Assembly (NCBI GenBank): GCA_030141605.1
Contig: JAQGDQ010000186.1
Coordinates: 62,001 to 126,000, forward strand
Reading direction: 5' to 3'
Length of the DNA stretch: 64,000 bases
DNA from: Tubiluchus corallicola
Lineage: Eukaryota > Animalia > Priapulida
Part shown: positions 52,397 through 64,000 of the stretch, piece by piece
Position numbering within the stretch: the stretch's first letter is position 1
Layout: each line of letters begins with the position of its first letter
Notes under the pieces: generated by a model
Seen by the model: the letters and a program-made list of their open reading frames with translations, nothing else
Databases searched by the model: none
Told to the model about the DNA's origin: nothing
Made by a program: the position numbers and the translations under genes

Positions 52397-55378
52397 AATT
52401 TTTCACATTTCATTTGTGTCCATAGAAGAAATATTTTACTTTATTAACTATCTACTACAGCAACTAGCTCATTAATAAATTTCACATAAACTTTTTAATT
52501 AAGCTTTTCTTTTTTATTGAAAGATTGTATAACTATTCCTGCAGTCTCTTTATATGTCAGTGCAATGTAATACGATTTTTACTGGCTGGCTATGGAAATT
52601 GTCATCAAAAGCTATTAATTTCCCAAACAACCTTTTTCTTTTTTGGCGATTTTTATTGGCATACCTATGTTATGTGCCATTTTAATCATAATAAACGAAC
52701 AGCCATTGTTCCACATTTTATAACAACGGGACTGATAATGTCGATAGGTAAGTTAGTGCACTCTGACTCCGAGTCTGTAGCTCACTTGGCTGGTGATTTA
52801 AGTTTTGTAACTCAGTTCAAACTTTCTGCACAATTTTCACTTAATAACATGAAGTGTTACATCACTGCCTACTTAGTCCGCCCGATCAAAGACACTTATC
52901 CTAGTGCTTTAGACACTACTATCGTTTTTAGTTTGTCATTATGATGTGTAAACATTTTCCAGAGATTTAGTAAAATCTGGAGTACTTAGTGTTAGAGATG
53001 TGGGTAGTTGGTGGATATCCATTCCCGATGCTGGTTTATTTATGAAGAGCTTCATGACTGGCAGAAAAGCTGTGCTGCTGATGATACGCAAGTGTAAATA
53101 CAAAGAAATTTTACAAAAGGTACAAGAAAATGGTGTAATGCTTTTTTAATTTGTCATACAAGGCTTTGCTGGTCTGTTTAATTGGTAGTTTGCTGCTGCC
53201 AAATAGTTTGCCTGCTAGGGAAAACTATTGCAATGTTGCAGCTTCGTAAGCATTAGTAAGTGGCATTAGGTAGTGTTTATTGGTATGAAATGATATGCCA
53301 TTTCATATCATTTATAGTGTAGTTATTATATTCAACAAACTTACATTATTGAACTTATTGTGTATTACTAATAAATATTCCTCTGTCGGTAATTTTCCAT
53401 CATTCAGCTTCTTACTTTTGTATTATTAGGAATTAGAAGCCAGAAAACTTCCAAAAGCTGCAAAGCTTGGAATAATATATCATATACACGACATTATCGG
53501 TGCTGATTTAGTATCCTGGTAAGTTCAGATTGCCACATCATAATAATGTAACTTGTGAAATATAAAGAAGACTCCAGTTTTGCTTGCTGCTGGAACTAGT
53601 ATGGGATTATTATTGTACTGTATTTTGATTCATGGTTTAATTTTTGTACCAAAAAACCTTGAGTGGTAAATTTATTGAGTCTCCTACAGACAAGCATATA
53701 AGTTTTTCTACTGTTCTAAAACGCACAGAATGCTTTAGGAGTGCGAGTGTACTAATACTGGTATGTAATGAAGAATTTTGCTTGACTGAGAATTCAGTTT
53801 ATTACTAATAACTTGGATCAGCCCGAGGGTGTATCTAGACTTGTACTTTTCTGTACAGGTGGTGGACCAGTGTTGGTGGTCCCTTATAAGCGTGTACCTT
53901 ATACCCGAGGTTGACTGTATATCATTTACAGATTTTTATGAACATGTTAGTGCAATGATTACAGAGCCTTCATTAATAATAATACGATATTTTTCATTTG
54001 CCATTGCAATTTAATTACATTAACATAATGAATATCTTTGGTGTTAAAATTTGTTACAAGACATATTAAAACTCTGCTAAAGGTAAATTTGTATAGTACT
54101 AAGTTAATAGAGGTATGTGCAATGCAGTGTTCAATTGTTTCTTAACAACTTGTCAAAGTACTATGTAACCTACTTTTCTTTGGTATTATGCTTTATAATT
54201 AAGTGGTAATTTATGTGGGTTTGTAAGAAATTAAGAAGTTTCAATCTCATTTGTTGACATTAGGTTATTATGAGATGCACTCATTCTTGTAATGTGATGA
54301 ATGTCTTTGTTTACCCATTTCAAAGATTATTCTGTTTTTAGCATTGAAACTACATCAGGACGACTACTGAGGTTAAACAACTAATCACTCCAAAAGCTCT
54401 TAAGGCTTCTCATTTTCAACTTCTCCGAGACGAAGCTTAAAGCTGCAATTATTAATTTTTTAACATTTTGTCAATATTCTATTGTTTATCTTTATTTATT
54501 TGTGGGCTGGGAAATTTAAGAATTCGATGAATTAGCAAAATTCTTGAATTTTTATTACTAAGTGCTATAGTATTACTAGCATTAATTCTAGTATTATCTC
54601 AGGAAATCTCATTTTTTCCATAAACTTTTTGCTTGTTGGTAAGGCACTTATATATATATATTACTATATCATTGTTTTGCTTCCCGAATTACCACATACA
54701 CCTTATGTGTTATAATTTGTTATCTCAGGAATTACATTTATTAAATCGCAACCAAGTTAAAAACATATTTTGTTAAATATTCAACTATTTTATTCAATTA
54801 GTTGTCAGTGGTGATTAGATCTAATGCTAGATCACACTTCACTGCAAATGATATTGTTTGTGTTTCCTGCTGATGAAATCAATTTGAATATTACATTGTG
54901 AAGGCAGCAGTAATATTTTCTAATGAATGGTCATTAAAGCAGTTACTGAGAAATGCGTTTGTGTATGGGTGATGAATGCGTAATACTTGATCATTCTGTA
55001 CAACAGTACACATATTATAATATCATCAGCTCCATGCTAAAAAAATTACAGAAATCTCTCAAAATTTACGTGTGATTCATCTAGTAATTAGTTCGTTTTC
55101 ATGGTTTAACATAACCTAATATGCTGTATTTTTAAGTTTATAAGAATAAAAACAAATGTCTTTACATTATTTATGTCTTTACATTCAGGCTTGTAGGACT
55201 TTATTTTTATATCCTGGGAAGGTGCCCTATTTTGAGTCACTACTTTTAAATAGACACAAAATATTTTATTCCTCAGCACTTTGAAATTCTCTTTCTGGCA
55301 AAAATATCTTCCGAAAGTTATGTCACCATTAATTACTCTATGATGTTCCACAATGTTCATGCAGAAAACCAGCAGAGA

Positions 55379-55419
55379 TCACAGGTTGAACCACTGAGTC
55401 ACATAGAAATTCTTTTTAC
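55379..55419 (-). CDS. YARS2: Mitochondrial tyrosyl-tRNA synthetase, last exon
   Basis: ttttcag| then (G)KKNFYVTQWFNL-TGA, like the human C-terminus GKRNFYIIKWLQL. Confidence 0.85.
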
Positions 55420-56161
55420 CTGAAAATTTTGAAAAATAACCTAAATTGAGCCCTGTATTTAAAAAGTAATAATTTGTCATTGCAGAATTTCAGTGTTTGC
55501 AAAAGATAATGTGCATTTCTGAAGCTATTATAGCAACAATTAATGTGGCGGGTGTGGTAGATCTGAGTGATTACAAGTATAGTTGGCGTGTTGCGCAAAC
55601 AACATGCAATTATATTGAATTAAACTTAACATAACGTTACCATAACTGATTACCTGACCATCCTGCAAAGCAGTATAAATGCCTCAACCCAGCAAGCTTC
55701 ATTGTTTTAATACGTGCTACATTTAAATAGCCTAGTAAATTTCTAGCTTCTCTTTTACACACTACTAAATCCCTAGCTGCTCTTTTCTAATTTTGTAGGT
55801 AATGGTATTTGTTCAGATCTCGTTATTAAACTTAAATAACCCAATTAACAACCCTCTAATATATGGCTGGCCTACCTGCTGAAAATAACAATATTTATTA
55901 CAAAAATTGTGCAATGGCACAGTAGTTAAACAAGCTAATGTCTGTTATATAGTTTAATTATTCTTGTTGTCTTGCTGTCTATATACATGTAAACCTTTTG
56001 TCAGAATTCGATTTTTTACCCAAATCAAGCCAAAAATTAGCTGATAAATTTTAAATATTTTGCAGCGTTGAACCAACTTTTTTATAAACACAAAATGTCC
56101 AGAGAAGATAAAACCAATTCTAAAAACTTACCTCTAATCATAATAACAAACATTTACTTAC

Positions 56162-56287
56162 CAACTTTAATCAGAGTAAGGTTATTTGGCAAAATGTGTT
56201 GATCTGGGATAATCACGTAATCTGGCTTGGTGATTGGCTGATGGTTAATACGAAATCCACCAGCTGCAATAATTCGTCTTGCATCAG
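56162..56287 (-). CDS. YARS2: Mitochondrial TyrRS exon (S4-like domain)
   Basis: (A)DARRIIAAGGFRINHQPITKPDYVIIPDQHILPNNLTLIKV; AG/GT bounded; phase 1/1. Confidence 0.92.
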
Positions 56288-56924
56288 CTGCAGTGAAAAT
56301 ATAACTCGAAATTAAAAGATGAGAAACCATTGTATTTCATGTAATAAATGTGTATATTGCAAGAGATTTTTTTATGTGTTGTTTATTCACCTCCAAATAC
56401 CAGTAATTAATAAGTAGAGCTACTTTTTGTAAATATATTCCAACACATAAATAGCAGGTGACGTTTGCTTGCTGCTTCCTAGCACAAAATCAAAAGGAAT
56501 TGAGGTTGCTGTACTAGTAACGGCTGTTGGTTATTCATCCACTATAGTTAAGACTTTTGTTTCTTCTAGACAGCCAAACCCTAATTTTATTTTATTTTAT
56601 TTATTTACTATTACATTTGCAGCAGCCACCAAGACATTAAGCACAGTAGATTAAAACCACCTTGTATTAGTGATGAAAACTGAAAAGTTTAGCAGTCAAT
56701 AATAGAACTATAGAATACAGTAATAAGTAAAACTATCATACATCAAGAACTAAAGGTTCCAACCTAAATTGGCTATTGACGTTTGATAATCCTTGCCTTA
56801 CTACCAATACAGCTATAACGCAAATTTCAGTAGATTTCCAAAATCTTGCATTATAACGAGATTTAGTACAAATGGGCTTAAAACTACATAATGAGTGTAG
56901 TTAAAAAATTGTCAGAAAAATTAC

Positions 56925-57113
56925 CTTCAGTTGCAAAACATTTTGCTTTCATGGCAAGATCTACCATTGTTATAGAACTTTCAAAATTTAGTTGTACAGA
57001 GGGTGCTTCTTTAAACAATTCTAACATTTCTTTATTTGTCAGATGAGCCAAATGAATGATGTTAGAGTTGAACATTGCCTCTGTACATCGTATAGCAGAA
57101 TTTAAGCCATCCT
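56925..57113 (-). CDS. YARS2: Mitochondrial TyrRS exon
   Basis: (E)DGLNSAIRCTEAMF...VDLAMKAKCFATE; phase 1/1. Confidence 0.92.
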
Positions 57114-58582
57114 CTGCAAAAAATATAAAAGTGAAAATACCAAAAGTACAACTCAAAGCATCAAACAGTTAAAAAGAAATGTTCATCGAAAGCTTTTTTT
57201 ATACAACTCAGTGCATTCCAAACAGGAATCCAATACACAATAGCTGCAACTATTGAGTTTATGACATTCTCAGCTAATTATTACGCATTATTAAAAATGC
57301 TACATTGTATTTCATTGTATTTTATTTGTGTTAAGAGGAGTGCACTGATGGCAGTAACACGTTCCCAAACATTGGAGCTGTAACTCTTACTGGAATAGTA
57401 AAGAATTACTAACTCTTTAAAAAAATTGTAACTGTAATTAGTTCCTTTTCTGTTGTAACTTATAATAGAAATAACCATTACTTTTGACATTATATTTGAC
57501 TAGAACTTAGTAAAAAAAGCCTAATGAAGTCTCTTAACTGGTTGGCGTATTTCGTCCACACTCTGTTTTATACAATTGTTGCAAAACAACCGCCTTGCAA
57601 AAACTGACGTCACAATGGCATAAAATCTTTCACTGTTACAATACATTTGCTTAGTCCTTTATCAGAGTTGCTCTTCATATGCAGCATCCCTTACTCGAGC
57701 GCTTTACTATAACTACGGAACAAAACATGTATTGTCTTGCTGTACCCAGCAGTTCCTAACTTGATGCCTGCAAATAGTTGCATGACCTCATTTCCACTTT
57801 TTGGAAAGCAGAAGGACCAGTTAAGCATAAATGTAAAAAAATGTAAAAAAAAATCTTTAATTCATACAGTAAGTCCTTTCTTAATAATGCTAATGCATTC
57901 CAGTAAAATGGGACGTTAAACAAAATGTCATTAAACGAAGCCAAGACTTCCATAGAAAGAAAATGTAAAAGAACTGAAATGCTGCTTAAATCATACGAAC
58001 TAAATATTTTATGATTTTATTCATATTTCTACTGATTAACTTCTTTCTGTTTGCTTGAAACCACCTATCTTTATTACCAATATTTAGTTAATTTATACTC
58101 AGTGCAGGAAAATTTCTTCCCATGAAGTTTGAACTCAGGAATATAAATCGTAAATAGATCTCGCTTGTCATAGATGGCTAGCATTTTGTAGCCAATCAGG
58201 AAGCAAAAACATAATAATAATTGTACTGTTTTAATGCTTCAAATGACGTAAGAACATGTGGATAAAATAAAAAATGGCTCTGAGTAAAGTAAAAAAGTTG
58301 TTGCTAAAATGAAACGTGCATTGTTAAGCGAGAAAAAATTGTTAAATGTTCATCGGGGAGTCATTAAGCAAGGACTTACTGTATACCTAAATTCTAAAAC
58401 ACTTAAGAGTAGCAATGTGAACTTTAAAACAAATACACAAACTTAAAGCTGTGAATATTTACATTTTATGATATGTACAAAACTAAGGATAGTTTTAAAA
58501 AATATCATAGGTTAGCAGTTTCACGATTTTACTGTGCCGACTAACTAATTGTCGGAGGAAATACACAAAGTACAAAGAATTA

Positions 58583-58823
58583 TTGTAACTAATTACCATC
58601 GCCTTTACCAGTCACTTTAACTTAGTAACTTAATGTAACAGTTGCTTTTTTATTTAAATGAACTATAACTGTAACTAATTCTTTTTCACGTGGTGGAAAA
58701 GGAACTGTAACAGTTACTAGTTACTGTTTCTGATAATGTAGCTTGTAACTGTAACAGGTTACATTTTCAAAAATGTAACTGCAATTGTAACAGTTAAATT
58801 AGCATAGGAGCTATCCAGACACT
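58583..58823. mobile_element. MITE-like element with gtaactgtaac subterminal repeats
   Basis: Many gtaac/gttac repeats; a related piece lies at ~57350-57480. Confidence 0.45.
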
Positions 58824-58959
58824 GGAGGAATTGAAATAACACATTACTGCTTCAATGTTTCTTATCTTTTACACTGAGGAAAAAATTGCAAATCAAACTT
58901 AATTCAAATCTTATAGACAATTCCTAGAGCTTAACTGAATGCCAGTAAAAGGAACTTAC

Positions 58960-59026
58960 CACCATGGACTAACTTCGTGACATTCTTAGCAATTATTCTT
59001 TGTGCTTTTCTGTTTTCAGGTTTTTC
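58960..59026 (-). CDS. YARS2: Mitochondrial TyrRS exon
   Basis: EKPENRKAQRIIAKNVTKLVHG; phase 0/1. Confidence 0.92.
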
Positions 59027-59254
59027 CTGCAACAGAATAAAATTGGTGAGGAATTAGAATTGTTTATAAATATGTTGAACTTTAAAAAATAATAAACAGT
59101 TTACCATTGTGTTAACCTTGAGGAAAAAGTGAACAATATATAATTAAGTTGACCTTTAACAAACAATGAACAAATTACATTACCCTTTAAGAAACAAATA
59201 AATGTTTTAGCTTAAGACCAGTTTTTTAATGTGAAACATTACTGACCAATATAC

Positions 59255-59353
59255 CTTATGTTGACTCATTATATGTTGAATTTCACTGATGTTGAGGAAT
59301 GTAAAAAGCTTCAAATATTGCTCTACAAGTGAATCTGGTAAGTTCAGAAGATA
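59255..59353 (-). CDS. YARS2: Mitochondrial TyrRS exon
   Basis: YLLNLPDSLVEQYLKLFTFLNISEIQHIMSQHK; phase 0/0. Confidence 0.92.
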
Positions 59354-60366
59354 CTGAAAAAAAAACACATTTAATTTTTTCACAAGCAGCAGTTTGTGAT
59401 ATGGTAATATTTTTCTCATTTTAGTTTTTCCAAAATAATATTCCTGCTGTAGGCAGTAATCTGTAAAATTCATAGCAGTATTTCATAGTATAGTAGACTC
59501 TGCATAATATGGCACTATGTACCTCAAAATCAAATTCTAATAATTGGATATGGTCTAGTTATTTTTTAATGTAAGAAACCACAAATGTGCAACTTGATTG
59601 TGGTGTGACTCGGTTAAGAGTTTTTGGAACATTTACATGTGGAGCAATACCTATTACATCATTCAGAGTAAAACAAACTTCTGTTTTGTCTTTGTGTGCA
59701 TTAGTTGGCATACATAAAGTGAGGATATGATCAATAGCCAGTACTGGGTGGTACATTACAAACACACTGACTTTAGACTATGCAACAAATGAATTGTTAG
59801 CCAGAACAAAGTCTGTCAAATTAGTTAGTATGTGGCAGGCCTGTATAGATAACTTGTGATTACAAATCGTTGTCTAGTGTGCTGTCAGTTTACTGCAATT
59901 AATTAACAGGCATTTTTAAAAAAAGGTAAAAAAGCCTAATATCAAAATGACTATTTAATCCCGACTTGCTTGCTTATTGACATGTCCCGATTCTTTCCAA
60001 TAATTTTGCGAGAAAGTGAGGAGAACATAAATAGCATTAGATATGCACATATGCACGGTGCATCCAGGAAGTAATGAATACATGTAACTTGTCATCCTAT
60101 GTATGAATTAACTGAACTCGGATTACAGGTTTAGAACAAGTTACTTTGTCTCTAACGACTTGAGTTACACGAAGTTTACGATACACAATAGCCACTTACA
60201 GTATTTTAAAGAGCCTAACTGAACTCTGCAGAAATGCTCAGGACTGCTATGTTATAAATTAACCATTTTTTGAGATGACATAGAGGGCAGGAAAAGTTAA
60301 TAAAATCAAATAACATCAAAATGACTGGACAGTGTTAGAAAAATATAATATCTATAGCCTATGCAC

Positions 60367-60476
60367 CTGATACAACTCGAATGCTGATGTTTTCTCTTGA
60401 CAAAGCCATACAGCATTTCCTGCTGTTTTTCCCAGTTTACTTCCAGTAGTGGAAGTCACTATTGGCACAGTAAGTC
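60367..60476 (-). CDS. YARS2: Mitochondrial TyrRS exon with KMSKS-equivalent motif
   Basis: (G)[36 protein letters not shown]; phase 1/0. Confidence 0.95.
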
Positions 60477-62638
60477 CTGAAACATAGTCCAGAACTCTGG
60501 TAAACGTAATACTGTACAAAAATTATCTTTGTGAACTGAGTTATATATGTCAGTAACTACATTGCACTAGTTATTATGGAAGATTGTGGAAGTATATTTT
60601 TAATATTATTATATTATAAAGTGCTATGCTATAGAAAATTGCAAAAAGTATGTGTTATCACTAGTATCACTATAGCAAATACAAATTTTTTTGTACTTGT
60701 TTTGAATAGGTATGTACTATTTTTCCCTAGCAATTAGATGGCAAACATCTCCCCATTGTTTCTTACTGTGACACGTTACATATATATTAAATATATTTTA
60801 ATTAGCATATTAATATATTGCTTCTTGATCACGTAAGCAGCAAATAGTTTTTAGGTTTGTCAGGAACTAATTCTCTTTGCTCTACAGTTTACATTTACTC
60901 CTTATGGCTTTTTCCTATTACATATTTAGTTACCCTGGACTGATGCGAATAAATCTGTTGTACAAAACTGTGTTAAATGTTCTGTGTTAAATGCATTAAC
61001 ACAGAACCTGGGTCCTAGTAGGGTCATTCTTATGTAACACCTAGGAAATTCTACAATCTAGCAAATGCACAGATTGGCAGCGTGTGTTAAGACACGCCTA
61101 CGTGGCCCAATGTTGCTAACAGCTGCTAATATACAAAACCTATAGACAAAGCAGAAAAAACGTGAAAAAGCGTACACGTTTAGTGGCATTTTGTAATTAT
61201 TCCTGCCTATGTATGCACTAGCCAGACAACAAGAAATTGTCAAAGCAAATTATTAGGAAAAAAATTCAAATTTTGTGCAAGGATATGCAAGGATATGTGC
61301 ATTATATCAATATGCTTCACGCTAATCAAAAGTGTCAATTGCTGTACAAAGTTGTCATGAAATTATAGTTTTTTAAATTACACTGCAACAAAATTAGTTC
61401 TAGATCCTTCATATAAAATTTACACTTGATCAGTCTAAAAGACTGTCTGTAAGCGATAGCATGGGTTTATTCAATATAAGTATGGCATACTACTGTATGA
61501 CATAGTGCTTTATAATATAATAATATTAAAGGTATACTTCCACAATCGTGTATAAGTGTAAAATTATAACACACCACAAGCAGTTACTGACAAGTTTTTT
61601 ATATTACAGTTCATATAACATTGCTTATATGTGAATTATTGGCCAACAAATTGTAAAAATGCTTGCAGGGTAAATAGCGTATAACAAGTTAGTCAAAGTT
61701 CTAAGTTAGGTACAGACAAGCCCTGTACACACAAGCAGCTACTTTTGTTATAGAAGAGGCACTACACCAGTAACTGCACAGCCTGCTTAGATATAAAGAG
61801 TTGCTGTGTAATTGGCTAATTAACAATAACTACGTAGGCATTAAGTAATAGTGATACTAGTACACCACAAGTAATATTATTTACTGGACTGATATATATG
61901 AATAACTATAAATCCAAAATAGAGATGCGTGGGATCAAATTATCAGATTAGGATGTTGTAATGTCTTGATATGCTCCTGGGGAAGCCTTTGAGAATGGGG
62001 TACTAAAATACTTTTGGCTAGGGCATCAAATTTATATTTCAGAATATATTCCCCATATCTGTTTGTGAGTCGATTTTGCAATACTGCAACAGTCCATCAG
62101 CGAGAATATAACAGGACAGCCTAATTGGCCATTGTGAGGTGGACAGCATTGGTTGATTGGTGTTTGTCAATTTATGTCTATGATTTAAACTAACTTAAGT
62201 ATGGAAAAATTTAACTGAAATTAATAAAATAAGAGTAATATGATTAAATATACAATTCAGTAGCCTAAAATGTGTAAATGTAAAATTAACTTATGTGCAC
62301 ATTTTAGTTATGTCTCAAAGTGAGTAAGGTACAGGCATCATAAAATTCCTCATGTTTTTCGCTACACAGATTTGGTTAGCAAAAGAATTGATTCCTTCAA
62401 AAAGCATTCCCTAGTCACCACCCCACTTTTATTAAGAAGAAAAACAACTTCGTTTATCTATTTCCAACATGTGGAATGTTAAACAAAAATAACCATTTTG
62501 TTTTATACAAGTCCAGCACTCATGACATGCACACAAAGGTACTGATTACCATGTTATAATTATGCAAACTGAGCGATAATGACTTACAAACAGTTTTAAA
62601 TAAGAATTAGGCAGCATACTAGCTTTTAAAACTGATAC

Positions 62639-62717
62639 CATAGACAGTAGTTCCTTCCATGTGAGAAATTAGCTCATAACCAGCTTTGATGTTGCCTATT
62701 TGATCGTGACCACCAAT
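62639..62717 (-). CDS. YARS2: Mitochondrial TyrRS exon
   Basis: IGGHDQIGNIKAGYELISHMEGTTVY, matching the GGxDQxGNI motif; phase 0/1. Confidence 0.95.
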
Positions 62718-62933
62718 CTGTAAAAATACAATTACTGAATTTAAATTTGCTTACTTTAGAAGTCAACATTAATTGCATCAACATGTTAAATTACTTGTTA
62801 AGTCAAATATCATTCTTTATGACAAGACCAAATAACAGAAGCTAATTCAAGTATGCAACTCAGCACAAGCACGTCTTGCAATGAAAACGGTTAAGTTATT
62901 AAAATTAGTTGTTCACAGTAGCAAAATACTCAC

Positions 62934-63048
62934 TTGAATAAGACATTTGTGCAGCCTGTAGAGATGTAACCAATCATAAGCTTGAAAAACTTGATAAGAA
63001 AATTCTTTAAAGCTCATTCCTTCAGGGCTCTGTAGTCTTGATTTCACG
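62934..63048 (-). CDS. YARS2: Mitochondrial TyrRS exon (upstream exons not identified in window)
   Basis: VKSRLQSPEGMSFKEFSYQVFQAYDWLHLYRLHKCLIQ, matching the EFxYQxxQAYD motif; phase 2/0. Confidence 0.95.
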
Positions 63049-63609
63049 CTAAAATGTAGCAAATATTGAAGTAATATTATCTTCTATTAGCTTATAATAC
63101 TAGATTAGATGGCTGCAGTACTATACTTTGCCATGCCGATCACAGGAATCAGTGTTAAGTAATCTGTGAACAATGACAAGCTAGTTATCATGAGCATTGG
63201 GAGTTGCATTAATTGCCACACTATCATTTAGTGTCAAGTCTTCAATCAGAGTTTTAGCTCATGAAGAATATTAAGATTTTTTAATAATGAAAATCTGAAT
63301 GAGTTACAATGAATCTTACACGGTACACTAACTCACTAAAAGGCTTTTGTATCCTCTACATAAATGTGTTACCTGCTCAAGGCCTTATGCTTTGTCAGTT
63401 CTCCGCATAAGATATGACGGGAGACTGACCACTTTAGTTTCGTTAGATAATTGTTTCTATCAATTTCTGAATCAGAATAATTGTTATGAACATATTTATC
63501 TTTATATTTGGATTAGCTTCATATTAGCTTAACCACTGTCTTAATATATTGTCAGAGTTTATTTGGGCTTTATTTAAAGGAAAACCCAACCTTGAACAAC
63601 ATTCATTGT

Positions 63610-63740
63610 ACAGTAGAATTCGCTTAATAAATCCATCTTAATGTGAAGTTAAGCCAAATGGATTTACTAAATGGCTGGATTTATAAATCGAAGAGATTTA
63701 TTAAATAGTGATTTCTATGTTAATACAGTGCGCATTATGA
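63610..63740 (+). mobile_element. Tc1/mariner-pogo type terminus, same family as 49525
   Basis: ta|CAGTAGAATTCGCTTAATAAATCC. Confidence 0.45.
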
Positions 63741-64000
63741 AACCAAGACTTTTAACACTCAGTAAATTGCTTGTGAAAGTTTTTAAATAAAGCGCATAAT
63801 AATAATAAATAATTTTTAATTTATTAGCATTCATATGGTTATAGTAACTAGCATAAAATAAATATTGTTTATCTATGATTATCTATGATTATCAGTGTAT
63901 TACCTTTTATACATACGTGATAAACTGCTTACCAAGTAAAAAAATACAATACATGTAATATCAGCGATGATTCAGTTTTCATTTATTTAGGTGAAAAGCA

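Noticed and set aside
55846-55878. Alternative YARS2 terminal exon (GRPAIY-stop)
   Set aside because: No similarity to TyrRS C-termini; 55379-55419 fits much better.
63373-63450. Possible upstream YARS2 exon ending AG|gtaac
   Set aside because: Translation does not resemble the expected TyrRS segment; the true exon probably lies outside the window.

Overview
AT-rich, intron- and repeat-rich eukaryotic DNA, most likely from an invertebrate animal; no prokaryotic operons or CRISPR arrays. Three spliced protein-coding genes can be assembled by hand, all on the minus strand with GT-AG junctions and consistent phases. (1) A BCL10-like CARD adaptor (coding exons 7993-8019, 2419-2562, 45-192) runs off the left edge. 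(2) A four-exon gene (31848 to 14102) encodes a divergent ParB/sulfiredoxin-fold-like domain lacking the usual arginine patch, then a long acidic tail ending in an ExxxLL motif. (3) The 3' eight exons of mitochondrial tyrosyl-tRNA synthetase YARS2 span 63048 to 55379. The remainder is mostly mobile DNA: a Sola3-like element with ~0.5-kb TIRs and TTAA TSD, a hAT-type element with a perfect 8-bp TSD, a non-autonomous Helitron, two LINE 3' fragments, several MITE/foldback elements, a back-to-back pair of tRNA-like units, and microsatellites. All calls come from manual reading and translation; no database search was run.
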